A stretch of DNA of 64,000 bases from Thermoanaerobaculia bacterium (GCA_947259195.1 CAMYLC010000183.1:7807-71806); one strand, 5' to 3'; positions 36,843 to 47,353 are shown, counted from the stretch's first letter. The notes: generated from the sequence alone by a model not told the origin. Program-made: numbers and translations.

Positions 36843-39011
36843 CTAGTTCCCTTCTTCCATCCCCAGCGCCCAGCTCAAGAACGCCCACTGGTCGGCGATC
36901 TCCTCGATCTGCATCCAGGTGGGTTTGCCGGCACCGTGACCGGCGCGGGTCTCCACCCGGATGAGAAGAGGATTCTCGCAACCCTGGTCGTGCTGCAGGG
37001 CGGCGGCGTACTTGAAGCTGTGCCAGGGCACGACTCGGTTGTCGTGGTCCGCGGTCGTCACGAGAGTCGGGGGGTAGCAGGTGCCCTCTTCGGTGTTGTG
37101 GTAGGGCGAGTAGGCCAGCAGGGCGTGGAACTCCTTCTCGTTCTCGCTGAGGCCGTAGTCGCTGGACCACTGGCGAGCATTGGCGCTGGCTGTGTGGTAG
37201 CGCAGCATGTCCATGACTCCAACGGCGGGTAGCGCGGCGCCGAAGAGATCCGGCCGCTGATTCACGACGGCACCCACCAGCAGGCCGCCGTTCGAACCGC
37301 CGCGAATCGCCAGCTTCTCCGGCGAGGTGTAGCCGTTGGCGATCAACCACTCGGCGGCTGCGATGAAGTCGTCGAAGACGTTCTGCTTTTCCAGCTTGGT
37401 GCCGGCCTTGTGCCACTCTTCGCCGTACTCACCACCACCACGGAGGTTGGCCACGGCCAACACCCCTCCCATTTCCATCCAGACGATCCGACGGGGGCTG
37501 TAGTAGGGGGTGCGGGAAACGTTGAAGCCGCCATAGCCGTAGAGCAGGGTCGGATTGTTGCCGTCGAGCTCGATGTCCTCGCGGTGAACGACGAACATCG
37601 GTACGCGGGTTCCGTCCTTGCTTTCGTAGAAGACCTGCCTAGTGACGAAAGGGCTCAGATCCACGTTCACTTTGGCTTCCCGGAAAAGAGTGCTTTCGCC
37701 GCTCACGATGTCGTAGTGGTAGATGCGATCCGGGGTCGTGTAGCCGGTGAAGGAGTAGAAGGTCTCGGGGTCGTCCAGTTTGCCGCTGAAGCCACCCACA
37801 CTGCCGATGCCGGGCAACTCGACCTGCCGAATCGGTTGACCTTCCAGGTCGAAGACCTTCACCAGCGACTTGGCATCCTTGAGGTACTGAACGATCAGAT
37901 GACCGCCGGCCAGCGAGGCGCCCTCGATGGTTTCTTCGGCCTCCGGCACGACCTCCTGCCAGTTGTCGGGTGCCGGGTTCTTCAGGTCGACGGCGACAAT
38001 CCGGTACTTGGGAGCGTCGTGGGTCGTGGAAAAGTAGAAGACGTCGCCTTTGTTACCAAGGAGGTCGTAGAGCGCATCCCACTCGTCGAGCAGTTTGACC
38101 ACCGGAGTGTCGGGCTTTCCGAGCTCCTGATAGTAGACACCATTGGAATCGTAGCCGTCGAAGACACCGACAATCAGGTAGCGCCCGTCGTCCGTCACCT
38201 CGGCATAAGGGTTGCGGGTCTCGTGGTCGGTGATGGAGTAGACGTGGATGTCCTCCGCTTGCTCGGTTCCAAGCCGGTGGTAGTAGACCGAGACTTGCTG
38301 CGAGTCGTCCGCCTCGCCACTTTCACTCTCCGGATAGCGGCTGTAGTAGAGCCCCTCGCCATCGGCTGACCAGGCAGCGCCCGAGAACTTGATGCCGTCG
38401 AGGCGGTCCTCGAGATCCTCGCCGGTTTCGACGTCGCGGACCTTCCAGTAGCGCCAGTCCGAGCCGCTCTCGGAGATGCTGTAGGCGATCCGACTCCCGT
38501 CCGGGCTGACCACGAAGCTGGTCATCGAGGCAGTCCGGTCTTCGCTGAAGGTATTGGGGTCGATCAGAATCCGGGCCTCACCGTCCAAAGCGTCGGCCAC
38601 GTACAAGACATCCTGATCTTGCAGCCCGTCGTTGCGCCGATAAAAGTAGCGCCCTCCCTCCTTGACCGGAGTCTTGAAGCGCTCGTAGTTCCAGACTTCG
38701 GTAAGACGCTGATTGATCGTGTCCCGAGCTGGTATGGCTTCGAGGAAGGGCTGGGTCACGGCGTTCTCGGCCGCAATCCACTGCGCCGTCTTTTCCCCAT
38801 CCACATCCTCGAGCCAGCGATAGGGATCGGCAACCTCGACCCCATGGTAGGTGTCGATGTGGTCGCTGCGCTCGGAAGCGGGGTAGGTCACCGGTACCTT
38901 AGGAGTTTGAGCCGATTCAGGGTCGGATTTTGCACAGCCTGAAAGGCCCAGCACGACAAGCAGAGCGGAAAGGGACAGGGAAAGTGGATGACGAACTGGC
39001 TTCATGGGCAA
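36843..39011 (-). CDS. Prolyl oligopeptidase (S9A), secreted/lipoprotein.
   Basis: C-terminal catalytic region GGSNGGLL...D...H. N-terminal beta-propeller. Lipobox LGLSGC. Confidence 0.9.
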   Translation of the reverse strand: MPMKPVRHPLSLSLSALLVVLGLSGCAKSDPESAQTPKVPVTYPASERSDHIDTYHGVEVADPYRWLEDVDGEKTAQWIAAENAVTQPFLEAIPARDTINQRLTEVWNYERFKTPVKEGGRYFYRRNDGLQDQDVLYVADALDGEARILIDPNTFSEDRTASMTSFVVSPDGSRIAYSISESGSDWRYWKVRDVETGEDLEDRLDGIKFSGAAWSADGEGLYYSRYPESESGEADDSQQVSVYYHRLGTEQAEDIHVYSITDHETRNPYAEVTDDGRYLIVGVFDGYDSNGVYYQELGKPDTPVVKLLDEWDALYDLLGNKGDVFYFSTTHDAPKYRIVAVDLKNPAPDNWQEVVPEAEETIEGASLAGGHLIVQYLKDAKSLVKVFDLEGQPIRQVELPGIGSVGGFSGKLDDPETFYSFTGYTTPDRIYHYDIVSGESTLFREAKVNVDLSPFVTRQVFYESKDGTRVPMFVVHREDIELDGNNPTLLYGYGGFNVSRTPYYSPRRIVWMEMGGVLAVANLRGGGEYGEEWHKAGTKLEKQNVFDDFIAAAEWLIANGYTSPEKLAIRGGSNGGLLVGAVVNQRPDLFGAALPAVGVMDMLRYHTASANARQWSSDYGLSENEKEFHALLAYSPYHNTEEGTCYPPTLVTTADHDNRVVPWHSFKYAAALQHDQGCENPLLIRVETRAGHGAGKPTWMQIEEIADQWAFLSWALGMEEGN

Positions 39012-39097
39012 CTCCTTGGAGTTCTGGGTAGTAGCTGTTTCAAGGAAGGGGCCGGAACCCGGCCGGACCTGCAGGCCGACACTACCATCCGAGCCCC

Positions 39098-39466
39098 TCA
39101 GGCTACAGCTACGGCTTTTCGCTGCATTTTGTTGCAGCTGTCGACATAGACGAGCTTCGGCTCGTGGCCCTGAGCCTCCTGTTCGGTGTAGTCCGCGTAG
39201 CTGCAGATGATCACCAGATCATCGCGTCCGGCCTTGTGGGCTGCAGCCCCGTTGAGCGTGATCTCGCCGGACCCCTCGCGACCCTCGATGAAGTAGGTGG
39301 CGAATCGCTCGCCGTTGGTGATGTTGTAGATCTCTACCCTTTCAAAGGGAACCAGATCTGCAGCCCGCGCCAGGACGGGGTCGATACTGATGGATCCCTC
39401 GTAGTCGAGGTCGGCATCGGTCACCGTGGCGCGGTGGATTTTGGACTTGAGCAGGGTGCGATTCAT
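39098..39466 (-). CDS. panD: Aspartate 1-decarboxylase.
   Basis: [29 protein letters not shown] (pyruvoyl Ser in GS). 1-nt overlap with the panC stop. Confidence 0.9.
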   Translation of the reverse strand: MNRTLLKSKIHRATVTDADLDYEGSISIDPVLARAADLVPFERVEIYNITNGERFATYFIEGREGSGEITLNGAAAHKAGRDDLVIICSYADYTEQEAQGHEPKLVYVDSCNKMQRKAVAVA

Positions 39467-40314
39467 CAATCGATCTCCAGGGAAAAATTGTCGATCAGTC
39501 TAGTTGTGCCGATGCGGACCGCGACCGGCATGACTATGCTGCCGCGAAGTCGGCGGATGGGTTCGAAGTTGTCGGCCTCGACGACTTCGGCGTACTCGAT
39601 GTCGATGAGGAGCTCTCCCTCGAGGACCTCGCGGAGCCCTCGACGGATCGCCTCGGCTGAGCGTTCGCCCTGCTCGATCCGCTGTCGCGCGGAACTCAGG
39701 GCGCGATAGATCGCAGCAGCCGCAGTGCGCTCGTCTGCCGACAGATTGGCGTTGCGAGACGACATGGCGAGGCCGTCGGGCTCTCGGACAGTAGGGTGGC
39801 TGGCGATCTCGACCGGCAGGTGCAGGTCTCGGACCAGACGCCGGATAACCGCCAGCTGCTGGGCGTCCTTCTGACCAAACACCGCGACGCTCGGGCGCAC
39901 CAGATTCAGCAGCTGGGTTACGACCGTGGCTACGCCGCGGAAATGACCCGGCCGGGACTCGCCTTCGAGTCGCTTGGCGGGTGTATCCACCTCCACGCAG
40001 GTGCTGTGACCTTCCTGATAGATCGTCGAGGTTTCGGGCAAGAAGAGCAAATGGCAGCCACCTTCCTGAAGCAGCTCGGAATCCTGATCTTCGTTCCTGG
40101 GATAGCGTGCGAAGTCTTCTCCAGGCCCGAACTGAGTCGGATTCACGAAGATGGACACGACCACTCGATCGGCCAGCTGGGAGGCGTGTCGCACCAGCTC
40201 CAGGTGCCCTTCATGCAAGGCTCCCATCGTGGGCACGAAACCGACCGTGCGGTTCTCGAGTCTCCAGGACTCCACCCAAGAGCTCAGCTCATTTGTCGAA
40301 CGTACGGTTTCCAC
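39466..40314 (-). CDS. panC: Pantoate--beta-alanine ligase.
   Basis: [10 protein letters not shown] and FGQKD motifs. Confidence 0.9.
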   Translation of the reverse strand: METVRSTNELSSWVESWRLENRTVGFVPTMGALHEGHLELVRHASQLADRVVVSIFVNPTQFGPGEDFARYPRNEDQDSELLQEGGCHLLFLPETSTIYQEGHSTCVEVDTPAKRLEGESRPGHFRGVATVVTQLLNLVRPSVAVFGQKDAQQLAVIRRLVRDLHLPVEIASHPTVREPDGLAMSSRNANLSADERTAAAAIYRALSSARQRIEQGERSAEAIRRGLREVLEGELLIDIEYAEVVEADNFEPIRRLRGSIVMPVAVRIGTTRLIDNFSLEID

Positions 40315-40369
40315 AGCAGTTCCTCGTGTAGGTCAAGGCTTGTGGTCTCATCGTTTCTCTCGGGCAGCC

Positions 40370-41236
40370 TCAGCCGTAGATCTTCCTGATGGGCTCAGCC
40401 CTGAGATGCTCCGGGTCGTCGTAACTCTCCGCAGGGGAGGGAAATCTGCCGTGACGAACGTCTTCGGCGAAGGCGCTCAGCGCTCGTCGCGCGTCGCTCC
40501 CCAGCTCGGCATAGCGTCGGACGAACCGCGGAGAGAGACGGTCCTCCAATCCGAGAAGATCGTGAAAGACCAGCACCTGGCCGTCGCAATTCGGCCCGGC
40601 GCCGATGCCGATGGTCGGGATCTCGAGGACTGCGGTTACTTCGCGGGCCAGGTCGGCGGGCACACACTCCAGCACCAGGGAGAAGGCTCCGGCCGCCTCG
40701 ATCTCTCGGGCCGCCTCCAGCAACTCCGTCCGCGGCCCATCACCACGACCCTGGACTCGAAAGCCACCCAGCTTGTGGATCGATTGGGGAGTCAGGCCCA
40801 GGTGCGCCATGACGGGGATCTCGACATCTACCAGGGCAGCCACAGTCTCAGGGCGCCGGCCTTCGATCTTGACGGCCTGGGCGCCGGCTTCCTTGATGAA
40901 GCGCATGGCCTCGGCGACGGTCTGCCGACGGCCGAGATGAAACGAGCCGTAGGGCATGTCCGCCACCAGCAGGGAATTCTCGACGCCTCGTTTGACGGCC
41001 TTGACGTGGTGAAGCATCTCGTCGACGGTCACCGAAAGGGTGTCGGTATGGCCCAGCACGACCATGGCCAGGGAATCACCCACCAGCACGATGTCGGCAC
41101 CTGCCTGCTCCACCAACCGAGCCTGGGAGAAGTCGTAGGCCGTCATCATGACCAGGCGCTCGTTGCGGGCTGGCGCGTTCATTACCCAGGGAACGCTGAC
41201 ACGTCTGCTCGGTTTCTCGTAGCTTTTCTCGTCCAT
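40370..41236 (-). CDS. panB: 3-methyl-2-oxobutanoate hydroxymethyltransferase.
   Basis: TAYD...LVGDSL...KIEG motifs. ATG 41236 with GAAGGAGG SD. Confidence 0.9.
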   Translation of the reverse strand: MDEKSYEKPSRRVSVPWVMNAPARNERLVMMTAYDFSQARLVEQAGADIVLVGDSLAMVVLGHTDTLSVTVDEMLHHVKAVKRGVENSLLVADMPYGSFHLGRRQTVAEAMRFIKEAGAQAVKIEGRRPETVAALVDVEIPVMAHLGLTPQSIHKLGGFRVQGRGDGPRTELLEAAREIEAAGAFSLVLECVPADLAREVTAVLEIPTIGIGAGPNCDGQVLVFHDLLGLEDRLSPRFVRRYAELGSDARRALSAFAEDVRHGRFPSPAESYDDPEHLRAEPIRKIYG

Positions 41237-41278
41237 CGAGTACCTCCTTCTTCGAGCCGACCCGCTCGAGCCGACATC

Positions 41279-41313
41279 AAAAAAACCCTTCTGTCCGCAA
41301 CAAGACAGAAGGG
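41279..41313 (-). terminator. Rho-independent terminator separating dNK-mqn-ubiA transcription from panBCD.
   Basis: Minus strand reads cccttctgtc ttgttgcg gacagaaggg followed by ttttttt. Confidence 0.75.
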
Positions 41314-41445
41314 CTCGGAGAGCCGTAGTACCAGCAACTGAGCCGATCGGTCACTGCGCTTTGAGGTGCCTGTCCCAGATTTGGGATCAGGCCCCAAGTG
41401 ACCGCACTCGTCAGCCGACGGTGCTGGGTTCTTCCGTCTCGGTCC

Positions 41446-42096
41446 CTACTGGGATCCAAGCGGTACGTAATACTGCGTGCCCTTGACGGGCCTCTGGAGC
41501 TGGCGTACCAGCTCCTCGAAATCCTCAGACCGATCGACAAAGTTCAAATTGCGCGTGTCCACTACCAAGAGCGGCGACCGGTTGTAGTAATGGTAGTAGT
41601 GATGGTACGCGTCAATCAACTCCGTCAGGTACTCCTCGGACATGTCCCGTTCGAAGCTCCGCTCCCGCTTGGTAATACGCTTCATGCAGGTATCCAGATC
41701 AGCGACCAGGTAGAGAACCAGGTCGGGTACTGGAATCTGGGGCTCCAGCAGGGTGTAGAGCTTGTCGAACAGCAACAGCTCGTCATCCGACAGATTGAGA
41801 TAGGCGAAAATTCGGTTCTTCGGAAATGTGTAGTCACTCAGGAGCAGGCGGTCGAAGAGCTCTCTTTGAGCGATGTCCTGCTGCTGCTTGAAGCGTGACA
41901 ACAGGAAGTAGAGCTCGGTCTGGAATGCCGCTCCTGGTCGGTCTCGGTAGAAATCGGGCAAGAACGGGTTGTCGACATCTTCGAGGATCTTGACGCCCTC
42001 GAATCGTCGGGCCAGCTTCTCGACCAGGGAAGTCTTGCCGACGCCAATGGGACCATCGACGGCCAGGTAGTGGAACGGAAGCGAGTCGTTGCTCAT
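41446..42096 (-). CDS. Deoxynucleoside kinase.
   Basis: LAVDGPIGVGKTSL P-loop, dNK family. ATG 42096 overlaps the upstream stop (ATGA). Confidence 0.8.
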   Translation of the reverse strand: MSNDSLPFHYLAVDGPIGVGKTSLVEKLARRFEGVKILEDVDNPFLPDFYRDRPGAAFQTELYFLLSRFKQQQDIAQRELFDRLLLSDYTFPKNRIFAYLNLSDDELLLFDKLYTLLEPQIPVPDLVLYLVADLDTCMKRITKRERSFERDMSEEYLTELIDAYHHYYHYYNRSPLLVVDTRNLNFVDRSEDFEELVRQLQRPVKGTQYYVPLGSQ

Positions 42097-43223
42097 GATC
42101 CGGTTGCCACCGGAGATTGCTGCAGTGGCTTGTAGAGCGTATCGCGCTCGACTGGCACGAAGCCCGCCTCTCGGACGACACGCTCCAACTCCGAGCGCGA
42201 CAGGGACTGGTCGGTCTGGGCGCCAGCCATGTGGTAGATCGTTTCTTCTACGACGGTACCGTCCAAGTCGTCGGCGCCGAAGCTCAGGGCCACCTGCGCC
42301 AGCTTGGGTGTGAGCATAATCCAATAGGCCTTGATGTGCCCAACGTTGTCGAGCACCAGCCGCGAGGCGGCGAGATGTCGCAGATCTTCGCTACCAGTGG
42401 TGTGGTACGTCAAGCCCATGTAGTTGTTCTCGGGGTGGTAGGCCAGGGGGATGAAGGCGTTGAAGCCACCGGTTTCGTCCTGCAGGCCCCTCAGCTTCAA
42501 CAGATGATCCACTTTGTGCTCAGGCTTTTCCACGTGGCCGTAGAGCATCGTGCAATTGCTGCGGATTCCGAGACCATGGGCGATGCGGTGAACTTCGAGC
42601 CATTCGTCAGCATCCAGCTTGCCATCGCAGATGATCTCGCGAACCTCCGAGTGGAAGATCTCTGCGCCTCCTCCCGGCAGCGAGCCGAGGCCGGCTTGCC
42701 TGAGCCGTAACAGGACTTCCTCGATGCCGATGCCCTCGCGCTTGGCGAACCACCCTATCTCGATGGCCGTGAAGGCCTTGAGGTGGACTTCTGGGAATCG
42801 CTCCTTCAGGCCCCGCAGCATCTCCAGATACCACTCGAGAGACAGGTCGGGGTGGAGACCTCCGACGATGTGGAACTCGGTGGCCCGATCGCCGCCCTGC
42901 GCTGCCGCGTGCTCGTAGACCTGGTCGTGGGACATGGCCCAGGCGTGATCCTCGCCGGGCAGCGCCGCGAAGCTGCAGAATTTGCAGTTGTAGGTATAGA
43001 CGCAGATGTTGGTCGGGTTGATGTGCCGGTTGACGTTGTAGAAGGCCGTCTCGCCGTGTTTGTGCTGCCTGACGGCGTTGGCCAGTTGGCCGAGATGGAG
43101 GAGGTGCGGCGTCTGCAGGCAGAGCAGGGCATCCTCTTCATTGAGCCTCTCACCTGCTCGCACTTTGGCAGCCAGGTCGCATAGCGGTTCGGGGTAGATC
43201 TCTGGCCTGATTTGAACGGTCAT
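42093..43223 (-). CDS. Radical SAM MqnC/MqnE/CofH-family enzyme (futalosine-pathway menaquinone biosynthesis).
   Basis: Family-wide similarity. Cys triad reads NICVYTYNCKFCSF (C-x5-C-x2-C), verified from DNA. Confidence 0.8.
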   Translation of the reverse strand: MTVQIRPEIYPEPLCDLAAKVRAGERLNEEDALLCLQTPHLLHLGQLANAVRQHKHGETAFYNVNRHINPTNICVYTYNCKFCSFAALPGEDHAWAMSHDQVYEHAAAQGGDRATEFHIVGGLHPDLSLEWYLEMLRGLKERFPEVHLKAFTAIEIGWFAKREGIGIEEVLLRLRQAGLGSLPGGGAEIFHSEVREIICDGKLDADEWLEVHRIAHGLGIRSNCTMLYGHVEKPEHKVDHLLKLRGLQDETGGFNAFIPLAYHPENNYMGLTYHTTGSEDLRHLAASRLVLDNVGHIKAYWIMLTPKLAQVALSFGADDLDGTVVEETIYHMAGAQTDQSLSRSELERVVREAGFVPVERDTLYKPLQQSPVATGS

Positions 43224-43305
43224 GAAATGACGGGTCCGATCGAAGGATCGGCAGTATATCAAGGGGATACCGGTGGCACTGGGGCTGAGACCTGCGCTCT
43301 GGCCC

Positions 43306-44175
43306 CTAGCCGCGCAGCCAGAAATCGACCCCGGTCCAAAGGAACAACCAGGTTGCCAGCAAGCCGTTGGCCTGGAAGAAGGCGGGATCGAGGCGTGACA
43401 AGTCGCCTGGTTGCACGATTCGATGCTGATAGGTCAGAAGAACCACACACCCGGCGAATCCGATCCAGTAGCCCAGACCGAGACCAGGTGGGTAGAAGCG
43501 GGGCAGCAGAGCCAAGAGCAGCAGCATTCCCAGGTGGAGAAGGCCAGAGATCCAGAGAGCTGAAACCTCACCGAAGCGGACCGGTACCGAGTGGAGGCCG
43601 GTGACGAGGTCGAACTCCCGATCCTGTAACGCGTAGAGGACGTCGAATCCTGCGACCCAGAGCAGCACGGCCCCGGCCAGGACAAGCGGCGTGGACGCGA
43701 TGTCGCCCCGCACCGCGACCCATGCTCCGACGGGGGCTCCGGCCAGGGCCAGGCCGAGAACCAGGTGGGACCAGTGCGTGCACCTCTTCGAGTACGAGTA
43801 GCCGAGAAGGATGAGCAGTGCGAAGGGCGTCAGAGCCAGGGCCAGGGGGTTGAGTCTCGAGGCGGCGAAGACGAGAACCAGACAGCTGGCCACGACGAAG
43901 AGCCCGACGAACGTAGGAGTGACATGGCCGGCTGGAAGGGCCCTGTCCGCCGTTCGGGGATTGGCCGCGTCGATCGTGCGATCTACCAGGCGGTTGAAGC
44001 CCATGGCGGCGCTGCGTGCCCCGACCATAGCGACGACGATCCATCCGACGACGCGCCACTCAGGCCAGCCCTCGGCTGCCAGCAGCATGCCCAGAAAGGC
44101 GAACGGCAGGGCGAACAGAGTGTGCTCGAATTTGATCATTTCGAGCACGGTGCGTAGGTTCTTGAATCTGCTCAT
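43306..44175 (-). CDS. UbiA-family aromatic prenyltransferase (MqnP/UbiA-like).
   Basis: NRLVDRTIDAANPRTADR (first Asp-rich motif) and a second YALQD motif. Polytopic. Confidence 0.8.
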   Translation of the reverse strand: MSRFKNLRTVLEMIKFEHTLFALPFAFLGMLLAAEGWPEWRVVGWIVVAMVGARSAAMGFNRLVDRTIDAANPRTADRALPAGHVTPTFVGLFVVASCLVLVFAASRLNPLALALTPFALLILLGYSYSKRCTHWSHLVLGLALAGAPVGAWVAVRGDIASTPLVLAGAVLLWVAGFDVLYALQDREFDLVTGLHSVPVRFGEVSALWISGLLHLGMLLLLALLPRFYPPGLGLGYWIGFAGCVVLLTYQHRIVQPGDLSRLDPAFFQANGLLATWLFLWTGVDFWLRG

Positions 44176-44272
44176 GATGGGTGCAGTAGCTTAGCGTGAT
44201 CCTCGGCAGCTGTCCGGGCTTTGGCGTGCAGCCGGGTAGCGTAGACTACAACGCCTGCCAAGCTTGGAAGAG

Positions 44273-46273
44273 ATGACGACACGAACCGTTCGTACCACCT
44301 GCCCGATGGACTGTCCCGACGCCTGCGCGCTGGAGGTCGTGGTGCAGGGAGGCCGGGTGCAGAAGATCAAAGGTGGCAGCGATCATCCGGATACTGCTGG
44401 CTTCATCTGCAGCAAGGTCGCCGGCTTTCACCGACGCCTGGAGCACGAGGACCGGGTGCTGCAGCCGATGCGTCGCGTCGGCGCGAAGGGAGAGGGTGGC
44501 TTCGAGCCCATCACCTGGGCCGAGGCGGTAGCGGAGATCACACGACGCTTCGCGGACATTCGGAGCGAGTGGGGGGGCGAGGCGATTGTTCCGTTTCACT
44601 ATGGCGGTTCCAATGGTCTTCTGAGCGACAATCTGTTGGATGATCTCTTCTTCAGAAGACTCGGGGCCTCGCGACTGGAGAAGACTATCTGTGCGGCCCC
44701 AACTACCGAGGTAGCCAGGGGAATGTACGGCAAGATGCCGACAGTTGCCTTCGAGGACTTCCCGCGGGCCCGTTGCATCGTGATCTGGGGAGCCAATCCG
44801 AAGACCTCCAACATCCACCTCGTACCCTATCTGCGAGAGGCCAAGAGTCGGGGCACGTTCATCGCTGTGGTGGATCCGAGACGAAACTTCTCGGACGCGG
44901 AGGTGGACTTGCATTTGCCCGTCCTGCCAGGCACCGACCTGCCAGTGGCTCTGGCGATGATCGACCACCTCGTACGAACTGCGCGTCTCGACGAGACATT
45001 CATCGAGCACCACGTGGTCGAACTCGAGCTGCTCCTTGAGCAGGCACAAAACTGGTCGCTGGAACGGGCCGCCGAGGTGGCAGGTGTTCCAGCGCAGTCG
45101 ATTCAGCAACTGGCCGAGATCTATGCCGACTCGGAGCCGGCCCTGATTCGCTGCGGCTGGGGCCTGGAGCGCAATCGCAATGGTGGCCAGGCCGTGGCTG
45201 CCGTGCTGGCCCTACCGGCCCTGCTGGGTAAGTTTGGCCGGCGCGGCGGCGGCTATGCCATGAGTAACTCCGGTGCCTATTCTTTCGATCGCCAGCAGCT
45301 GTTGGGCGAGATGGAGGACGAGACCCGAAGCCTGAATATGACGCAGCTCGGTCGCTGGCTCAACGATCGCCTGGAGCCCCCGGTCAAGGCACTCTTCGTC
45401 TACAACGCCAACCCGGTGGCGACGGTGCCTGACCAGAACGCCGTGCTGCGGGGACTCAGTCGCTCCGACCTTTTCACCGTGGTCTTCGAGCAGGTGCTCA
45501 CGGACACCGCTGCCTTCGCGGACCTGCTACTGCCCGCCGTCACGTTTCTGGAGGGCAACGATCTACTGGGCGGGTACGGAAGCTACGCCTTTGGAGGAAT
45601 CCAACCGGTGATCCCTGCTTACGGTGAGGCGCGAAGCAATGCGGTGGTGTTCGCAGAGCTGGGGCGCTCGATGGGTTGGGACGATCCGCCATTCCACTGG
45701 AGCGAGGAGGAGTTGATAGCGCGGGCTGTCGATGCCATGGAGCTTGCGGGCCGGCGGCCGGGTATGGCGGAGCTGGCGGAAGGCCGAACCATTCCTGTCC
45801 AGTTCGAACGCGGCACGCCGGTGCAGTACGCTACCGTATTTCCGCGAACGCACGACGGCAAGGTTCATTTGGCGCCGGAGGTTCTGGGCAAGACTCCCTT
45901 CCGTTTCCTGAAGAACCCGATGTCCGACTTCCCGCTGGCTCTCATCACGCCTGCCTCCTCGCGGCGCACGAACAGCACCTTCGGAGAGCTCGAAACGGGT
46001 CGGGTGAGGGCAAAGCTCCACCCTGACGATGCTGAGCGACGCGACATTGAGCCCGGCGATCGGGTGCGCGTACATAACGACCTGGGTGAGCTGGTCTGCC
46101 TGGCGGAAGTCGGATCAGCGGTCCGTCCCGGGGTTGTGGTGATACCGAAAGGGGCCTGGAGGAAAGCCTCGTTCAACGGCTGCACGGCCAATGCCCTATG
46201 CCCCGACCACGTCAACGGGGTAGCCGGCGCCGCCTGCTTCAACGACGCACGCGTCGAAGTCGAAAAAGCCTGA
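44273..46273 (+). CDS. Molybdopterin (MopB-superfamily) oxidoreductase catalytic subunit, cytoplasmic type.
   Basis: N-terminal 4Fe-4S motif CPMDCPDAC...C. No Tat signal. No adjacent partner subunits. Confidence 0.85.
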   Translation: MTTRTVRTTCPMDCPDACALEVVVQGGRVQKIKGGSDHPDTAGFICSKVAGFHRRLEHEDRVLQPMRRVGAKGEGGFEPITWAEAVAEITRRFADIRSEWGGEAIVPFHYGGSNGLLSDNLLDDLFFRRLGASRLEKTICAAPTTEVARGMYGKMPTVAFEDFPRARCIVIWGANPKTSNIHLVPYLREAKSRGTFIAVVDPRRNFSDAEVDLHLPVLPGTDLPVALAMIDHLVRTARLDETFIEHHVVELELLLEQAQNWSLERAAEVAGVPAQSIQQLAEIYADSEPALIRCGWGLERNRNGGQAVAAVLALPALLGKFGRRGGGYAMSNSGAYSFDRQQLLGEMEDETRSLNMTQLGRWLNDRLEPPVKALFVYNANPVATVPDQNAVLRGLSRSDLFTVVFEQVLTDTAAFADLLLPAVTFLEGNDLLGGYGSYAFGGIQPVIPAYGEARSNAVVFAELGRSMGWDDPPFHWSEEELIARAVDAMELAGRRPGMAELAEGRTIPVQFERGTPVQYATVFPRTHDGKVHLAPEVLGKTPFRFLKNPMSDFPLALITPASSRRTNSTFGELETGRVRAKLHPDDAERRDIEPGDRVRVHNDLGELVCLAEVGSAVRPGVVVIPKGAWRKASFNGCTANALCPDHVNGVAGAACFNDARVEVEKA

Positions 46274-46488
46274 CACCGATCCCCAGACATGGTGGTGAAC
46301 TGGAGGTACGTCCGGATGGCCCGCCTGGGGGACGGCGTCGGCTACTCAGACTGCAACGGGCGGGCCGCCACCTTGTCACGTCATCGCGCCGGATCTCTTG
46401 TGCCCTGCGATGGCCCGTGCGCTGCGCTCGACGTGGCACCCCACAGTCGAGCCACCCGAACGAACCTCTAGCACCGTTGAAGGCAAAA

Positions 46489-46605
46489 GGGGCATGGGGG
46501 CGTAAGGGCTTAGGGGAACAGCGGCGCAAGGCTGCGTTCGAGGTCTTGAAGCGGCCGGCCTCCCCCACGGTCGAAGCTCTTGGCCCAGGACCCAGGACCC
46601 AAGCC
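46489..46605 (+). repeat. G-quadruplex-type motif (46489..46516), then a C-rich (GGGTCYT)3 copy in reverse orientation (46584..46605), inside a 470-bp gene-free convergent intergenic region.
   Basis: ggggcatgggggcgtaagggcttagggg, then cccaggacccaggacccaagcc. Confidence 0.5.
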
Positions 46606-46743
46606 TCAGGACGGGTGGGAGGGAGGCTCGGGAATGGCCCAATACCAGCGGCGGCGATGGCTGGGGACGGGTGTTCAGGGTTCGGCGTGGGGACCTCCAT
46701 GGGGGCCCCGCGGCGGACCCCCATTGACAACGGCCAGGTTTTC

Positions 46744-47346
46744 CTACGACCAGCGGAGGCCGTCTTCGCCGGGCTCATGGATTCCGAGGTGATCTAGCAC
46801 GCGCAGGACGTAGTGGTCCAAGAAACGGTTGAAATCTTCTCCGCCGACATAGAACGCTGGAACCGGGGGCAGGATCACGGCTCGGAGGTAGGCAAGCCTC
46901 CTCAGGTTCTCCAGATGGATCGTCGTCAGGGGAGTCTCGCGGAAACCGAGTACAAAAGGCCATTGCTCCTTCAGGGCCACGGCCCCAGCCCGATGTATGA
47001 GAGTGCCGGCGGATCCGGTAGCCAGTGCCCCCAGTGTTCCGGCGCTGCACGGAATCACTGCCGTTCCGGTCAGGCGGTAGGAACCAGAGGAGATGGGAGC
47101 GTCGAGCTCATTGTCTCGGTGAACGGCGATCTTGGCGCGCTCGGCTTCGGTCAAGTTTGCAGCCTCGATGAGGTCGGGCGCGCCAGTGCTGCGAGACAGC
47201 TCGTGCTGCAGCACTTGACTGGCCCCACGGGAGACCACCAGGTGGATTCTCTCCACCTCGGGGCTCCGCGCCATGGCTGCGAGTGCAGCTCTGGGTAGAG
47301 CCATGCCGGACGCTCCGGTCACCAGCAGCGCCAGGCGATGCTCCAC
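46744..47346 (-). CDS. ubiX: Flavin prenyltransferase UbiX.
   Basis: LVTGASGMALPRAAL... UbiX/Pad1 family. GTG 47346 with GAGG SD preferred over TTG 47370. Confidence 0.85.
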   Translation of the reverse strand: MEHRLALLVTGASGMALPRAALAAMARSPEVERIHLVVSRGASQVLQHELSRSTGAPDLIEAANLTEAERAKIAVHRDNELDAPISSGSYRLTGTAVIPCSAGTLGALATGSAGTLIHRAGAVALKEQWPFVLGFRETPLTTIHLENLRRLAYLRAVILPPVPAFYVGGEDFNRFLDHYVLRVLDHLGIHEPGEDGLRWS

Positions 47347-47353
47347 GCGTGCC

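Noticed and set aside
46198-46797. 199-aa + strand and 179-aa minus-strand ORFs in the 470-bp region after the Mo-oxidoreductase.
   Set aside because: Arg-rich low complexity in both frames, overlapping each other. The region is better described as non-coding and repeat-rich.
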